In this document: positions 27,786-37,584 of the stretch, piece after piece
How the letters are laid out: every line of letters begins with the position of its first letter
How positions within the stretch are numbered: position 1 is the stretch's first letter
Source: Lachnospiraceae bacterium UBA3689
GTDB lineage: Bacteria; Bacillota; Clostridia; Lachnospirales; Lachnospiraceae
DNA: 64,000 bases
Assembly (NCBI GenBank): GCA_002371465.1
Contig: DFIU01000010.1
Coordinates: 236,638-300,637, forward strand
Direction: 5' to 3'
The notes under the pieces: generated by a model
Databases searched by the model: none
Seen by the model: the letters and a program-made list of their open reading frames with translations, nothing else
Told to the model about the DNA's origin: nothing
Made by a program: the position numbers and the translations under genes

Positions 27786-30500
27786 ATGGCAGCAAAGACA
27801 ACAAGGAGACGGTCAACCGGTAAAAAGACCGGGAAGACGACCTCCAAACGAGCTGCGACAACTGTAAAACGTAATAATAAGAACCAGACAGAGCCAAATC
27901 CGGTTACGATCGAAATTGCCCTCTGCCTGGTTCTTGCTGTCTCCATTTTGATGATTCTGGGGAATTTTTCTCTGGCGGGGCGGATCGGCAACGGTTTTTC
28001 GGACCTGCTCTTCGGGCTCTTTGGGTTGATGGAGCATCTCTTTCCGATTCTGCTCTTTTTCGGCATCGCCTTTTATGCCGCCAACCGGGAAAATCGCCTG
28101 ATTGCCCGCAAGATGACCGGTCTTTGTTTTCTCTTTGTCTTTTTCAGTGCCCTTTTGGAGCTGCTGGAGAACGGCTTTGTCAAGGGCAGACCCCTGACTG
28201 ACTATTTTGAGGCGTCTGCCTTAGACCACACCGGGGGCGGCATTCTGGGCGGTTTCCTCGTTTTCCTTTTTCATACCGCCTTCGGGCTGGTGGGCGCCTA
28301 TACACTGATTGTGGCGGGGCTTATCATTTCAACCGTCATGCTGACTCAAAAGCCCCTTTTGACCAGCCTGGGGAAGAAGAGCAAGGACGCGGCAAGAGCA
28401 GCGGGCAGACAGCACCGGGCCAACCTGGAAGAGCGGCGGCTGGAACGGGAGGAGAGACGGCAGCTGGCGCGGCCGACCTACGACGGACTGCCGGTCGATC
28501 TTCCCAAAAAGAAGGTCGAACCCAAACCGGCTAAAACTACGAAAACAACTAAAGCAATCACAGAATCTGAATTCGATAGAAGAAATCGGGCAGAGGAGCC
28601 CGGCTCTCTAAGCGGCGAGCCCTTCGCGACTCTCGACTTAAGCGAGATCCACATCAACGGATCGGCTCTGACCGACGAAGAGATCGAATCTGCCAGGACC
28701 AGTCACTTAGATGATGCGAATCCTCAAAAGACCAGAGTGAAGAAGAGGACTAAGAGCCAGGAAGGAATCTTTCAGATGCCTGCCTTTTTGCGGGCGGATA
28801 AGGTGGGAGAAGATCCTTTTGCCAGGGCTCAGGTAAGCGAACCGATCCCGGCCAGCGCAGGGGCTAAGGAACTGATGGCCCAGCAGGCAGGGGAAGAGGA
28901 GGTGAATCCTTCCAAACGGTCCAGGGCGGATAAGCTGCCCAAGTCCAGTCCTAAGGAGAAGGAGCAGGATATCATGAATATCCAGCTGGAGATTCATGAC
29001 AAGGAGGGGGAGGACAAAGCCCCTGTCTATCAGTTTCCACCGACCAGCCTTTTGACAGGCGGCAAGGCGGAGAAGAAGGATTCCAAGCAGTATCTTATGG
29101 ATACGGCGGCAAAACTCCAGTCCACCCTGCAGAATTTTGGCGTCAACGTCCATGTCATCAACGTCAGCCGGGGACCCACCGTCACCCGCTTTGAACTGCA
29201 GCCGGAGCAGGGGGTCAAGGTGTCCCGCATCGTCAATTTGCAGGATGATATCAAGCTCAACCTGGCGGCTTCGGAGATTCGGATCGAAGCGCCCATCCCC
29301 GGCAAGGCGGCGGTCGGCATCGAAGTACCCAACAAGGAGTCCTCACCGGTCATGATGAAGGACCTCCTGGAGACTGAGGAATTCCGGAATTCCAAGGCAA
29401 AGCTTGCCTTTGCGGTCGGTAAGGATATAGCCGGAAGACCGGTCATCTCGGACATCGAAAAGATGCCCCACCTTCTGATTGCCGGCGCGACAGGGTCCGG
29501 TAAGTCGGTCTGCATCAACACCCTGATCATATCCATCCTCTACAAGTACCGGCCGGATGAAGTCAAGCTTTTGATGATCGACCCCAAGGTGGTCGAGCTG
29601 AAGATCTATGACGGCATCCCCCACCTGCTGATCCCGGTCGTCACGGACGCCAAAAAAGCGGCGGGCGCCCTCAACTGGGCGGTGTCGGAGATGACGGACC
29701 GCTACAACAAGTTCGCCTCCCATCCCGGCATTCGGGACATCAAGGGTTACAACAAGTTTGTCGAGGACCACAATAAGCACCTTGCCGATGACGACAAGCC
29801 CCTGGCAAAGATGCCCAGAATTATCGTCATTGTCGATGAGTTGGCGGACCTCATGATGGTCGCGTCTGGCGAGGTTGAGGACGCCATCTGCCGGTTGGCT
29901 CAGCTGGCAAGAGCTGCCGGCATCCACCTGATCATCGCGACCCAGCGGCCCTCCGTCAATGTCGTCACGGGACTGATCAAGGCAAATATGCCTTCCCGGA
30001 TCGCCCTGGCGGTGACCTCCGGTATCGACAGCCGGACCATCCTCGATATGAACGGGGCAGAGAAGCTTTTGGGCAAGGGCGATATGCTCTTTGATCCCCA
30101 GGGTTATCCCAAGCCTGCCCGGGTGCAGGGCGCCTTTGTGACTGACGATGACATCACGCGCGTCGTGGATTTTTTGACTTCACAAGGCACGCAAGTTGAG
30201 TATAATAAGGATATTGAACAAAACATCGAAAATCAGGCGGCAGCTGCCTCTTCCCCGACGGCGTCGGCGGATGAGAAGGATGAGTATTTTGCGGACGCCG
30301 GCCGTCTGATTATTGAAAAGGACAAGGCATCGATCGGTATGCTGCAAAGAGCCTTCAAGATCGGCTTCAACCGGGCTGCCAGGATTATGGATCAGCTCTG
30401 CGACGCAGGGATCGTAGGCGAAGAAGAGGGCACCAAGCCGAGGAAGATTCTTGTCTCAATGGAGGAATACGAAGCCATACTGGCAGGGCTTAATTCCTGA
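27786..30500 (+). CDS. ftsK: FtsK/SpoIIIE DNA translocase
   Basis: N-terminal TM helices, linker, [27 protein letters not shown], gamma domain ([10 protein letters not shown]). Confidence 0.96.
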   Translation: MAAKTTRRRSTGKKTGKTTSKRAATTVKRNNKNQTEPNPVTIEIALCLVLAVSILMILGNFSLAGRIGNGFSDLLFGLFGLMEHLFPILLFFGIAFYAANRENRLIARKMTGLCFLFVFFSALLELLENGFVKGRPLTDYFEASALDHTGGGILGGFLVFLFHTAFGLVGAYTLIVAGLIISTVMLTQKPLLTSLGKKSKDAARAAGRQHRANLEERRLEREERRQLARPTYDGLPVDLPKKKVEPKPAKTTKTTKAITESEFDRRNRAEEPGSLSGEPFATLDLSEIHINGSALTDEEIESARTSHLDDANPQKTRVKKRTKSQEGIFQMPAFLRADKVGEDPFARAQVSEPIPASAGAKELMAQQAGEEEVNPSKRSRADKLPKSSPKEKEQDIMNIQLEIHDKEGEDKAPVYQFPPTSLLTGGKAEKKDSKQYLMDTAAKLQSTLQNFGVNVHVINVSRGPTVTRFELQPEQGVKVSRIVNLQDDIKLNLAASEIRIEAPIPGKAAVGIEVPNKESSPVMMKDLLETEEFRNSKAKLAFAVGKDIAGRPVISDIEKMPHLLIAGATGSGKSVCINTLIISILYKYRPDEVKLLMIDPKVVELKIYDGIPHLLIPVVTDAKKAAGALNWAVSEMTDRYNKFASHPGIRDIKGYNKFVEDHNKHLADDDKPLAKMPRIIVIVDELADLMMVASGEVEDAICRLAQLARAAGIHLIIATQRPSVNVVTGLIKANMPSRIALAVTSGIDSRTILDMNGAEKLLGKGDMLFDPQGYPKPARVQGAFVTDDDITRVVDFLTSQGTQVEYNKDIEQNIENQAAAASSPTASADEKDEYFADAGRLIIEKDKASIGMLQRAFKIGFNRAARIMDQLCDAGIVGEEEGTKPRKILVSMEEYEAILAGLNS

Positions 30501-30521
30501 CTGAAGCGGAGTAGGATATAG

Positions 30522-31646
30522 ATGAAATGTGAAAACTGCGGTGCGGAAATCCCCAAGGGAGATCTCTACTGTAAGGTCTGCGGCTGGGAAGTTCGTCTGG
30601 TTCCGGATTATATTACCGTGGAATCCATGATGAGTGAAAAGCAGCTGAAGGAAAAGAAAAAGCTGGAGGAGCAGCGCGCCAGGAGGCTGGCGGCAGAAGA
30701 GGAGGCACGGAAGAAAAAGCCCAAGCTCTGGGTTTTAGAACTGAAATTCCTGCTCTTTGCCGGTCTGACCGCAGCTTTTTCCGCCCTTATTATTCATCAG
30801 ATCGACGCCAGCAACCGGTCCTCCTATGTCTACCAAAGAAACGCCGCCCAGCGGGCACTTGAACGGGAAGATTATGAGACCGCGGCCGGCTACGCCCAAA
30901 GGGCGGAAAACCTGAAACCGGACGCCGAAGGGATTCAGATCCTAAAGGCTCAGATTTTAGATGGCGAGGGGAAGTCCGACCAGGCAGTCGACCTCTTAAA
31001 GGGACTGATTGAGAAGAACGCCCATGACTACGATGCCTACCAGGTTCTCATTTCCATCCTGGAAAGGCGCGGGCAGGCAGACCGGATCTCCGACCTGGTC
31101 AAGAAGAGCGGCAGCGAGCGTCTGAAAAAAAAGTACGCCGCCTACTTTACCGACCGACCGGAATTTTCCCTGATCAGCGGTATCTATCCGCCTGACACAG
31201 AGATCCGGCTGACTGCTAAAAATGCCAATATCTACTATACGACTGATCTGACCACGCCCACGGACAAGAGCAAACTCTACACGGGCAGTCCCATCCCCTT
31301 AAAGAACGGAACTAAGACCACGGTCAAGGCGGTCGCCATCAACAAAAAGGGCGTGTCGAGCGAGGTCGTCACCGCCGTCTACACCTTAAAGAGCGTCAAT
31401 CCGGATCCGCCGGTCATCAGACCCGATTCCGGGTCCTACCGGGCGGGAACGGAAAAAATTGAGGTTGTCATACCGGAGGGCTGCACGGTCTACTATGTGA
31501 TCGACGGCACTCCGACCAAGGGAACGGGCACGGTCTATACCCAGCCGGTCAAGATGCCGGAGGGGACCCACATCTTCAGTGCCATCGTTCAGGATATCGA
31601 GGGACATATCAGTGATGTAACCAGCCGGACCTATAAGGTCAGCTGA
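30522..31646 (+). CDS. Zinc-ribbon / TM / TPR-like / chitobiase-C (Ig-like) repeat membrane protein
   Basis: CENC..YCKVC, one TM helix, helical TPR-like segment, two modules of type P.FS..SG.Y...IYYTTD.TTP. Confidence 0.7.
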   Translation: MKCENCGAEIPKGDLYCKVCGWEVRLVPDYITVESMMSEKQLKEKKKLEEQRARRLAAEEEARKKKPKLWVLELKFLLFAGLTAAFSALIIHQIDASNRSSYVYQRNAAQRALEREDYETAAGYAQRAENLKPDAEGIQILKAQILDGEGKSDQAVDLLKGLIEKNAHDYDAYQVLISILERRGQADRISDLVKKSGSERLKKKYAAYFTDRPEFSLISGIYPPDTEIRLTAKNANIYYTTDLTTPTDKSKLYTGSPIPLKNGTKTTVKAVAINKKGVSSEVVTAVYTLKSVNPDPPVIRPDSGSYRAGTEKIEVVIPEGCTVYYVIDGTPTKGTGTVYTQPVKMPEGTHIFSAIVQDIEGHISDVTSRTYKVS

Positions 31647-31706
31647 GTCAACCGGTTAAAACGCGCCTTTTCAGCGTTTTATGATAAGAAAATATGGAGG
31701 ACAATT

Positions 31707-32579
31707 ATGTACAAAATTGTATCAAAGACGCAATTGAGCGAAGTTGTCTGGGAAATGGTTCTGGAAGCTCCGCTGCTGGCTTCTCACTGTAAGCCCGGAC
31801 AGTTCCTGATCGTCAAAAAAGATGAGCAGGGCGAACGGATTCCTCTGACAATCTGTGATTACGACGCTGAAAAGGGAACGGTCACGATCGTTTTCCAGCC
31901 GGTGGGCGCTTCAACCTTGAAGTTCCTGGACTTAAATGCCGGAGATTCCTTCGAAGATGTCGTCGGTCCTCTGGGCAAGCCCTCGGATATTCTCGACATG
32001 AGCGAGGAAGAACTCCACAAGACCAACTTCCTCTTCATCGCGGGCGGCGTCGGTACGGCTCCCGTCTATCCCCAGGTCAAGTGGCTCCATGACCACGGCG
32101 TCAAGGCTGACGTCATCGTCGGCTGCCGGACCAAGAGCCTGCTCTTTTACGAGGATAAAATGAAGGAAGTGGCTGGCAACCTCTATGTGACGACGGATGA
32201 CGGCTCCTATATGCACAAGGGCGTCGTCACCACCGTTGTGGATGAGCTGGTTGCCCAGGGTAAGAAGTATGATCACTGTGTCTGTATCGGTCCCATGATC
32301 ATGATGAAGTTTGCCTGCCTGACCAACCAGAAATATCAGATTCCGACCGTCGTCAGCATGAACCCCATCATGGTCGACGGAACCGGTATGTGCGGCGCCT
32401 GCCGCCTGACGGTCGGAGACGAAGTCAAGTTCGCCTGTGTGGACGGTCCGGAGTTTGACGGTTTTAAGATCGACTGGGCGGAATGTATGAAGCGGGCCCA
32501 GATGTATAAGACTGTTGAAGGTGAAGAGAAGCTGAAGTATCTGGAAGGGGACACCCATTCCGGAAACTGCGGTCACTAA
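31707..32579 (+). CDS. nfnA: NfnA-type FAD/NAD(P)-binding subunit (PyrK-like)
   Basis: PGQF, GERIPLTI, GPLG, GGVGTAP, MVDGTGMCGACR...CVDGPEF. Confidence 0.9.
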   Translation: MYKIVSKTQLSEVVWEMVLEAPLLASHCKPGQFLIVKKDEQGERIPLTICDYDAEKGTVTIVFQPVGASTLKFLDLNAGDSFEDVVGPLGKPSDILDMSEEELHKTNFLFIAGGVGTAPVYPQVKWLHDHGVKADVIVGCRTKSLLFYEDKMKEVAGNLYVTTDDGSYMHKGVVTTVVDELVAQGKKYDHCVCIGPMIMMKFACLTNQKYQIPTVVSMNPIMVDGTGMCGACRLTVGDEVKFACVDGPEFDGFKIDWAECMKRAQMYKTVEGEEKLKYLEGDTHSGNCGH

Positions 32580-32594
32580 TAAAGGAGAGCGATC

Positions 32595-33995
32595 ATGGCA
32601 GAGATTGATGTATTGAAGAAAGTTCCTGTCAGAGAACAGGATCCCAAGGTTCGGGCTTCTAATTTTGAAGAAGTTTGCTACGGTTATAACGAAGAAGAGG
32701 CTCTGGCGGAGGCGGGCCGCTGCTTGAACTGCCGCAATGCCCGCTGTATCCAGGGCTGCCCCGTCAGCATTCATATCAATGAATTCATCCACGCGGTCAG
32801 CGAAAAGAACTATGAAAAGGCCTACCAGGTCATTTCCAAGTCCAGCTCCCTGCCGGCAGTCTGCGGCCGCGTCTGTCCCCAGGAGACCCAGTGCGAAGGC
32901 ATGTGCATCCGCGGGATCAAGGGCGAGGCGGTCTCCATCGGAAAACTGGAGCGTTTCGTTGCGGACTGGGCACGCGAGAACGGCATCAAGCCCCAGCCTG
33001 CTAAAGAAAAGAACGGTCACAAGGTCGCCGTCATCGGAGCGGGGCCCGCGGGACTTACCTGTGCCGGAGATTTGGCGAAGATGGGCTATGAAGTCGAGAT
33101 CTTTGAGGCCCTCAATAAGGCGGGCGGTGTCCTGTCTTACGGTATCCCGGAATTCCGTCTGCCCAAGGACAAGGTCGTAGCGGCTGAAGTTGCCAATGTC
33201 GAGAGCCTGGGCGTCAAGATCCATACAGACGTCATTGCGGGCCGGACCGTCTCCGTCGACGAGCTGCTCGATGAGATGGGCTTTGAAGCGGTCTTCATCG
33301 GCTCCGGCGCGGGACTTCCCAGATTTATGAATATTCCTGGAGAAAATGCCAACGGGGTCTTCTCCGCCAATGAATACCTGACCAGAAATAACCTGATGAA
33401 GGCTTTCCGGGACGACTACGACACACCCATCTACCACGCCAGGAAGGTGGCGGTCGTCGGCGGCGGCAACGTGGCGATGGACGCGGCAAGAACCGCTTTG
33501 CGGTTGGGCGCTGAGGTTCACCTGGTCTACAGACGGTCCGAGGCGGAACTTCCGGCCAGAGCGGAGGAAGTCCATCACGCCAAGGAAGAGGGCATCATCT
33601 TCGACCTTCTGACCAACCCGATCGAAATTCTGACCGATGAAAACGATCACGTCCGCGGAATTCGCTGCGTGAAGATGGAACTGGGCGAGCCGGACGCTTC
33701 CGGCAGAAGACGGCCGGTCCCGATCGAGGGGTCTGAATTCGATACGGAGTGCGACGCGGTCATCATGTCGCTGGGAACGTCTCCCAACTCCCTGATCCCG
33801 TCCACGACGATCGGTCTTGATGTCAACAAGCGCAAGTGCATCATCGCCGATGAGGAGACCGGCAAGACCACCAAGGAAGGGGTCTACGCCGGAGGCGACG
33901 TCGTAACGGGCGCCGCGACGGTCATCCTTGCCATGGGTGCCGGTAAAGCCGGAGCCAGGGGCATTGACGAATTCATCAAGAGCAAGCAGGCATAA
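32595..33995 (+). CDS. nfnB: NfnB-type GltD-like NADPH oxidoreductase subunit
   Basis: RCLNC...CIQGCP, CGRVCPQETQCE, GAGPAGL, GGGNVAMD, AGGDVVTGAATVI; paired with nfnA, no GltB nearby. Confidence 0.88.
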   Translation: MAEIDVLKKVPVREQDPKVRASNFEEVCYGYNEEEALAEAGRCLNCRNARCIQGCPVSIHINEFIHAVSEKNYEKAYQVISKSSSLPAVCGRVCPQETQCEGMCIRGIKGEAVSIGKLERFVADWARENGIKPQPAKEKNGHKVAVIGAGPAGLTCAGDLAKMGYEVEIFEALNKAGGVLSYGIPEFRLPKDKVVAAEVANVESLGVKIHTDVIAGRTVSVDELLDEMGFEAVFIGSGAGLPRFMNIPGENANGVFSANEYLTRNNLMKAFRDDYDTPIYHARKVAVVGGGNVAMDAARTALRLGAEVHLVYRRSEAELPARAEEVHHAKEEGIIFDLLTNPIEILTDENDHVRGIRCVKMELGEPDASGRRRPVPIEGSEFDTECDAVIMSLGTSPNSLIPSTTIGLDVNKRKCIIADEETGKTTKEGVYAGGDVVTGAATVILAMGAGKAGARGIDEFIKSKQA

Positions 33996-34009
33996 AACAG
34001 AAAGAAGAT

Positions 34010-34042
34010 GGCGGAGCTGCGAATCAGGCAGCTCCGTTTTTT
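34010..34042 (+). terminator. Intrinsic terminator after nfnB
   Basis: gcggagctgc-gaatcag-gcagctccgt followed by a T tract. Confidence 0.8.
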
Positions 34043-34055
34043 ATCAGGAGAGACC

Positions 34056-34535
34056 ATGAAGATTCGGATCTTGTGCGTCGGCAAAATCAAAGAGAAGTAT
34101 TTTACCGACGCGATCAAAGAATATCAGAAGCGCTTGAGCCGCTACTGCACCCTGGAGATCGACGAGGTGGGCGATGAAAAGACGCCCGACGGTGCCTCCC
34201 AAAGGGAGGAGGACCTGATCCGGGACAAGGAGGGAGACCGCCTTTTGTCGAAGATCCGGGAGGGGGACTATGTGGTCGTCACCGCGATCAAGGGACGGAC
34301 CTATACCTCGGAGGAGTTGTCCGCTCACCTGGAAGATCTGATGAACCACGGCAGAAGCGCCATCGACCTGGTGATCGGCGGATCGCTGGGGCTTAGCCGG
34401 GCGGTTATAAAGCGGGCGGATGAGAGTCTTAGCTTTTCGGATCTGACCTTTCCCCACCAGCTGATGCGGGTTCTTCTTCTGGAACAGATTTACCGGTCCT
34501 TTAAGATCATGCGGCACGAGCCCTACCACAAATGA
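34056..34535 (+). CDS. rlmH: 23S rRNA (pseudouridine1915-N3)-methyltransferase
   Basis: MKIRILCVGKIKEKY, IGGSLGL, TFPHQLMRVLLLEQIYR, EPYHK. Confidence 0.96.
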   Translation: MKIRILCVGKIKEKYFTDAIKEYQKRLSRYCTLEIDEVGDEKTPDGASQREEDLIRDKEGDRLLSKIREGDYVVVTAIKGRTYTSEELSAHLEDLMNHGRSAIDLVIGGSLGLSRAVIKRADESLSFSDLTFPHQLMRVLLLEQIYRSFKIMRHEPYHK

Positions 34536-34615
34536 GCAAAAAGGGTTTTCAAATTGGACAAAGATGTTACAATGAAGAGTACGAATCTTTGAAAGGATGA
34601 ACCAAAAGCACTGAT

Positions 34616-35650
34616 ATGACAGTGATTGAGTTTGAACTTCCGGCGCAGCACGCCGGGAATATTTTTGGGCAATTTGATGCCCATGTGAAGAAAATCGAAA
34701 CCGAACTGGGCATCAGCGTCCTGGCGCGGGACGGCCGCATCCAGCTGGAGGGAGACGATCCAGATATCAAAAAAGGGGAGCAGCTCTTTCAAACTCTCCT
34801 CGCCCTCTCCAAGCGGGGCAATGTTATCACAGATCAAAATATCGACTATTCCATCTCCCTTTTAAAGGAGCAGAAGGAAGAGGAGGACGCGGGCAGGGCA
34901 GTCATTGAGATGGATTCGGATACCATCATCCACACCATGAGCGGCAGACCCATCAAGCCCAAGACGCTGGGGCAGAAGCAGTATGTGGATTCCATCCGCA
35001 GCCGGATGATCACCTTTGGGATCGGTCCTGCCGGGACTGGCAAGACCTACCTGGCTATGGCGATGGCAATCCGGGCATTCCGGACGGAGGAGGTATCCCG
35101 CATCATCCTGACCCGGCCGGCGATTGAAGCGGGGGAGAAGCTGGGCTTTTTGCCGGGCGATCTGCAGAGCAAGATCGACCCCTACCTGCGTCCCCTCTAT
35201 GACGCTCTCTATGAGATCATGGGGGCGGAGGCCTATCTGAAGAATTCGGAGAAGGGGCTGATTGAAGTGGCTCCCCTTGCCTATATGCGGGGACGGACGC
35301 TGGACAACGCCTTTATCATCCTGGATGAGGCGCAGAATACGACGCCGGCTCAGATGAAGATGTTTCTGACCCGCATCGGCTTCGGGTCCAAAGTCGTCAT
35401 CACCGGAGATCGGACTCAGAAGGATCTGCCTTCGGATGCTGTCTCGGGTCTTGATACGGCGGTCAAGGTCCTGCGCAGGATCGATGAGATCGGCTTTTGC
35501 GAACTTTCAAGCAAGGATGTGGTCCGCCACCCCCTGGTCCAAAAGATCGTCCAGGCATACGAGACCTATGAAAAGTCTCAGACCAAAGAGAGCAGGGAAC
35601 GGCGCAACATTCCGGCTCCCCGCATCTACGACCGCAGGAGGCGCTCATGA
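34616..35650 (+). CDS. phoH: PhoH family ATPase
   Basis: GPAGTGKTY, RPAIEAGEKLGFLPG, MRGRTL, DEAQN, HPLV. Confidence 0.95.
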   Translation: MTVIEFELPAQHAGNIFGQFDAHVKKIETELGISVLARDGRIQLEGDDPDIKKGEQLFQTLLALSKRGNVITDQNIDYSISLLKEQKEEEDAGRAVIEMDSDTIIHTMSGRPIKPKTLGQKQYVDSIRSRMITFGIGPAGTGKTYLAMAMAIRAFRTEEVSRIILTRPAIEAGEKLGFLPGDLQSKIDPYLRPLYDALYEIMGAEAYLKNSEKGLIEVAPLAYMRGRTLDNAFIILDEAQNTTPAQMKMFLTRIGFGSKVVITGDRTQKDLPSDAVSGLDTAVKVLRRIDEIGFCELSSKDVVRHPLVQKIVQAYETYEKSQTKESRERRNIPAPRIYDRRRRS

Positions 35651-36162
35651 TTGTATTGGCGGAAAATGAATACGAGGGTCAGGACCTTGACTCTATCCTT
35701 TCCTTTGACTGGGAAGAGACGGCGGAGGAAGTTGCCCGTCAGGTTTTAAGGGATGAGGGCTGCCCCTACCAGGCAGAGGTCAACCTGCTTTTGATCGGCT
35801 CCGACCGCATGCGGGAGATCAACCGGTCGGAACGGGATGTGGACCGGACGACAGACGTCCTGTCTTTCCCCTGTGTCAATTACCATGTACCCGCTGCCTG
35901 GGAGGATGCGGAAGCATCCATCAGCGACAACTTCGATCCGGAGACCGGCAGACTCATGCTGGGAGATATCCTGATCAATGTCAAAAAAGTTGAGGAGCAG
36001 GCTGATCAGTATGGACACAGTACCAGGCGGGAATTTGCCTTTCTGGTCGCCCACAGCCTCTTTCACCTCCTGGGCTATGACCACATGGCGGCGGAGGAAG
36101 AGACGGTCATGTTTAGGAAACAGGACCGGGTCTTAAGGGAACTGGGCATCACAAGGGACTAA
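35647..36162 (+). CDS. ybeY: rRNA maturation endoribonuclease
   Basis: TDVLSF, LGDI, AHSLFHLLGYDH. Confidence 0.95.
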   Translation: MIVLAENEYEGQDLDSILSFDWEETAEEVARQVLRDEGCPYQAEVNLLLIGSDRMREINRSERDVDRTTDVLSFPCVNYHVPAAWEDAEASISDNFDPETGRLMLGDILINVKKVEEQADQYGHSTRREFAFLVAHSLFHLLGYDHMAAEEETVMFRKQDRVLRELGITRD

Positions 36163-36186
36163 GAGACGGGGGAAGCAAGGTTAACC

Positions 36187-37023
36187 ATGAATATCAGGGA
36201 ACAAATCAAAGACAAACAGAGGGTGGTCGTCAAGATCGGCTCCTCCTCTTTGGTTCACAAGGCGACCGGGAGGCTGAACCTGCCCAAGATTGAGATTCTG
36301 GCGCGGGAAGTAGCGGATATCCACAACCAGGGCAAGGACGTCGTCCTTGTCTCCTCGGGGGCGGTCGCCGTCGGCAAGGCTGCCATGGGCATCCGGGAGG
36401 TCAAGTCCCTCAAGGAGAAACAGGCTTGCGCCGCGATCGGCCAGGTCAAGCTGATGATGATCTACCAGAAGTTCTTTGCCGAATACGGGCAGACGACGGC
36501 TCAGGTCCTTTTGACCAAGCAGACCATGCTGGACAATGAGAGCCGGGTCAATTCCATGAATACCTTTGAAGAGCTGCTCTCCTTAGGCGTCATCCCCATC
36601 GTCAATGAAAATGATACCGTGGAAACCTATGAGTTTCAGTTTGGGGACAACGACCGCCTGTCCGCCATCGTCACGGCTCTGGTCGGGGCGGACCTTTTGA
36701 TCCTTTTATCCGATATCGACGGGCTTTATTCGGACGACCCCCATCAAAATGACCACGCCCGCTTTATCAGCGAGGTCGATCACATTGACGACAAGTTAAA
36801 AGAAAGCGCCAAGAGTACGACCGGAAGCGGGGTCGGGACCGGGGGAATGGCGGCCAAGATCACCGCTGCCGAAATCGCGACCGCTGCGGGCGCCGATATG
36901 ATCATCGCTAGCGGCGAGGATTTCCGGGTTCTGCACCGCCTCTTTGACGGGGAGAACTGGGGAACCTGGTTCCACGCTCATCCGAGGGAACTCTTTATGA
37001 TGGACTATCTGGAGAAAGTATGA
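36187..37023 (+). CDS. proB: Glutamate 5-kinase (no PUA domain)
   Basis: VVVKIGSSSL, VSSGA, NENDTV, FGDNDRLS, GTGGMAAK. Confidence 0.95.
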   Translation: MNIREQIKDKQRVVVKIGSSSLVHKATGRLNLPKIEILAREVADIHNQGKDVVLVSSGAVAVGKAAMGIREVKSLKEKQACAAIGQVKLMMIYQKFFAEYGQTTAQVLLTKQTMLDNESRVNSMNTFEELLSLGVIPIVNENDTVETYEFQFGDNDRLSAIVTALVGADLLILLSDIDGLYSDDPHQNDHARFISEVDHIDDKLKESAKSTTGSGVGTGGMAAKITAAEIATAAGADMIIASGEDFRVLHRLFDGENWGTWFHAHPRELFMMDYLEKV

Positions 37024-37574
37024 TGATGACCAAAGGACAGATCAGACAGGAAATGCTAAAAGAACGCAGGCGGATTCCGCCCCTTGCGATTGAGCAGCGA
37101 AGCGGCATCATCGTCAAGAAACTGGTGCAGACCCCGGAATACCGGGATGCCGATTGGATTTGGACCTATGTCTCTTTACCCAAAGAGGTCCAGACCTTTT
37201 CTTTGATCGAAGAGGCGTGGAAGGATGGGAAGCATGTCGCGGTCCCCAAGGTCAAGCGGGGAGATAGGCTGGTCTTTCTGGAACTGACAACCTTTGACCA
37301 GTTAAAGGAGGGGACTTTCCATGTCCTGGAGCCGGAGTACGGCAGGGAAGTGGAGGATCCATCTGCCCTGCTGGTTCTGCCGGGGCTTGCTTTTGATCTG
37401 CAAAAGAACCGCATCGGCTACGGAAAGGGCTATTACGACCGCTTTTTAACCGCCCATCCCGGTCATCCGACGGCGGCTCTTTCCTTTGATTTTGCGCTTA
37501 GAACTCAAATTCCGTCAGAAGAGGGCGATGTAAGACCCGATCTTCTGATTACAGACCGCCGGATCATCCGGTAA
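37020..37574 (+). CDS. 5-formyltetrahydrofolate cyclo-ligase
   Basis: EVQT, VPKV, PGLAFD...RIGYGKGYYDRFL, D.LIT. Confidence 0.93.
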   Translation: MMMTKGQIRQEMLKERRRIPPLAIEQRSGIIVKKLVQTPEYRDADWIWTYVSLPKEVQTFSLIEEAWKDGKHVAVPKVKRGDRLVFLELTTFDQLKEGTFHVLEPEYGREVEDPSALLVLPGLAFDLQKNRIGYGKGYYDRFLTAHPGHPTAALSFDFALRTQIPSEEGDVRPDLLITDRRIIR

Positions 37575-37584
37575 GGAGAATCTT

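Noticed and set aside
31640-31706. Possible Rex operator upstream of nfnA
   Set aside because: Best match gagtcaa-ccgg-ttaaaac is too far from TTGTTAA-N4-TTAACAA.
32577-32597. nfnA and nfnB are in the same frame (possible readthrough fusion)
   Set aside because: Two tandem TAA stops and a good SD for nfnB; same frame occurs one time in three by chance.
31932-33650. 572-aa antisense ORF across nfnA and nfnB
   Set aside because: Shadow frame of two in-frame, GC3-rich genes; no SD or recognisable domain.
34490-34560. rlmH 3' end as an SCC-type attB site
   Set aside because: No recombinase or cargo; phoH follows after a short spacer.
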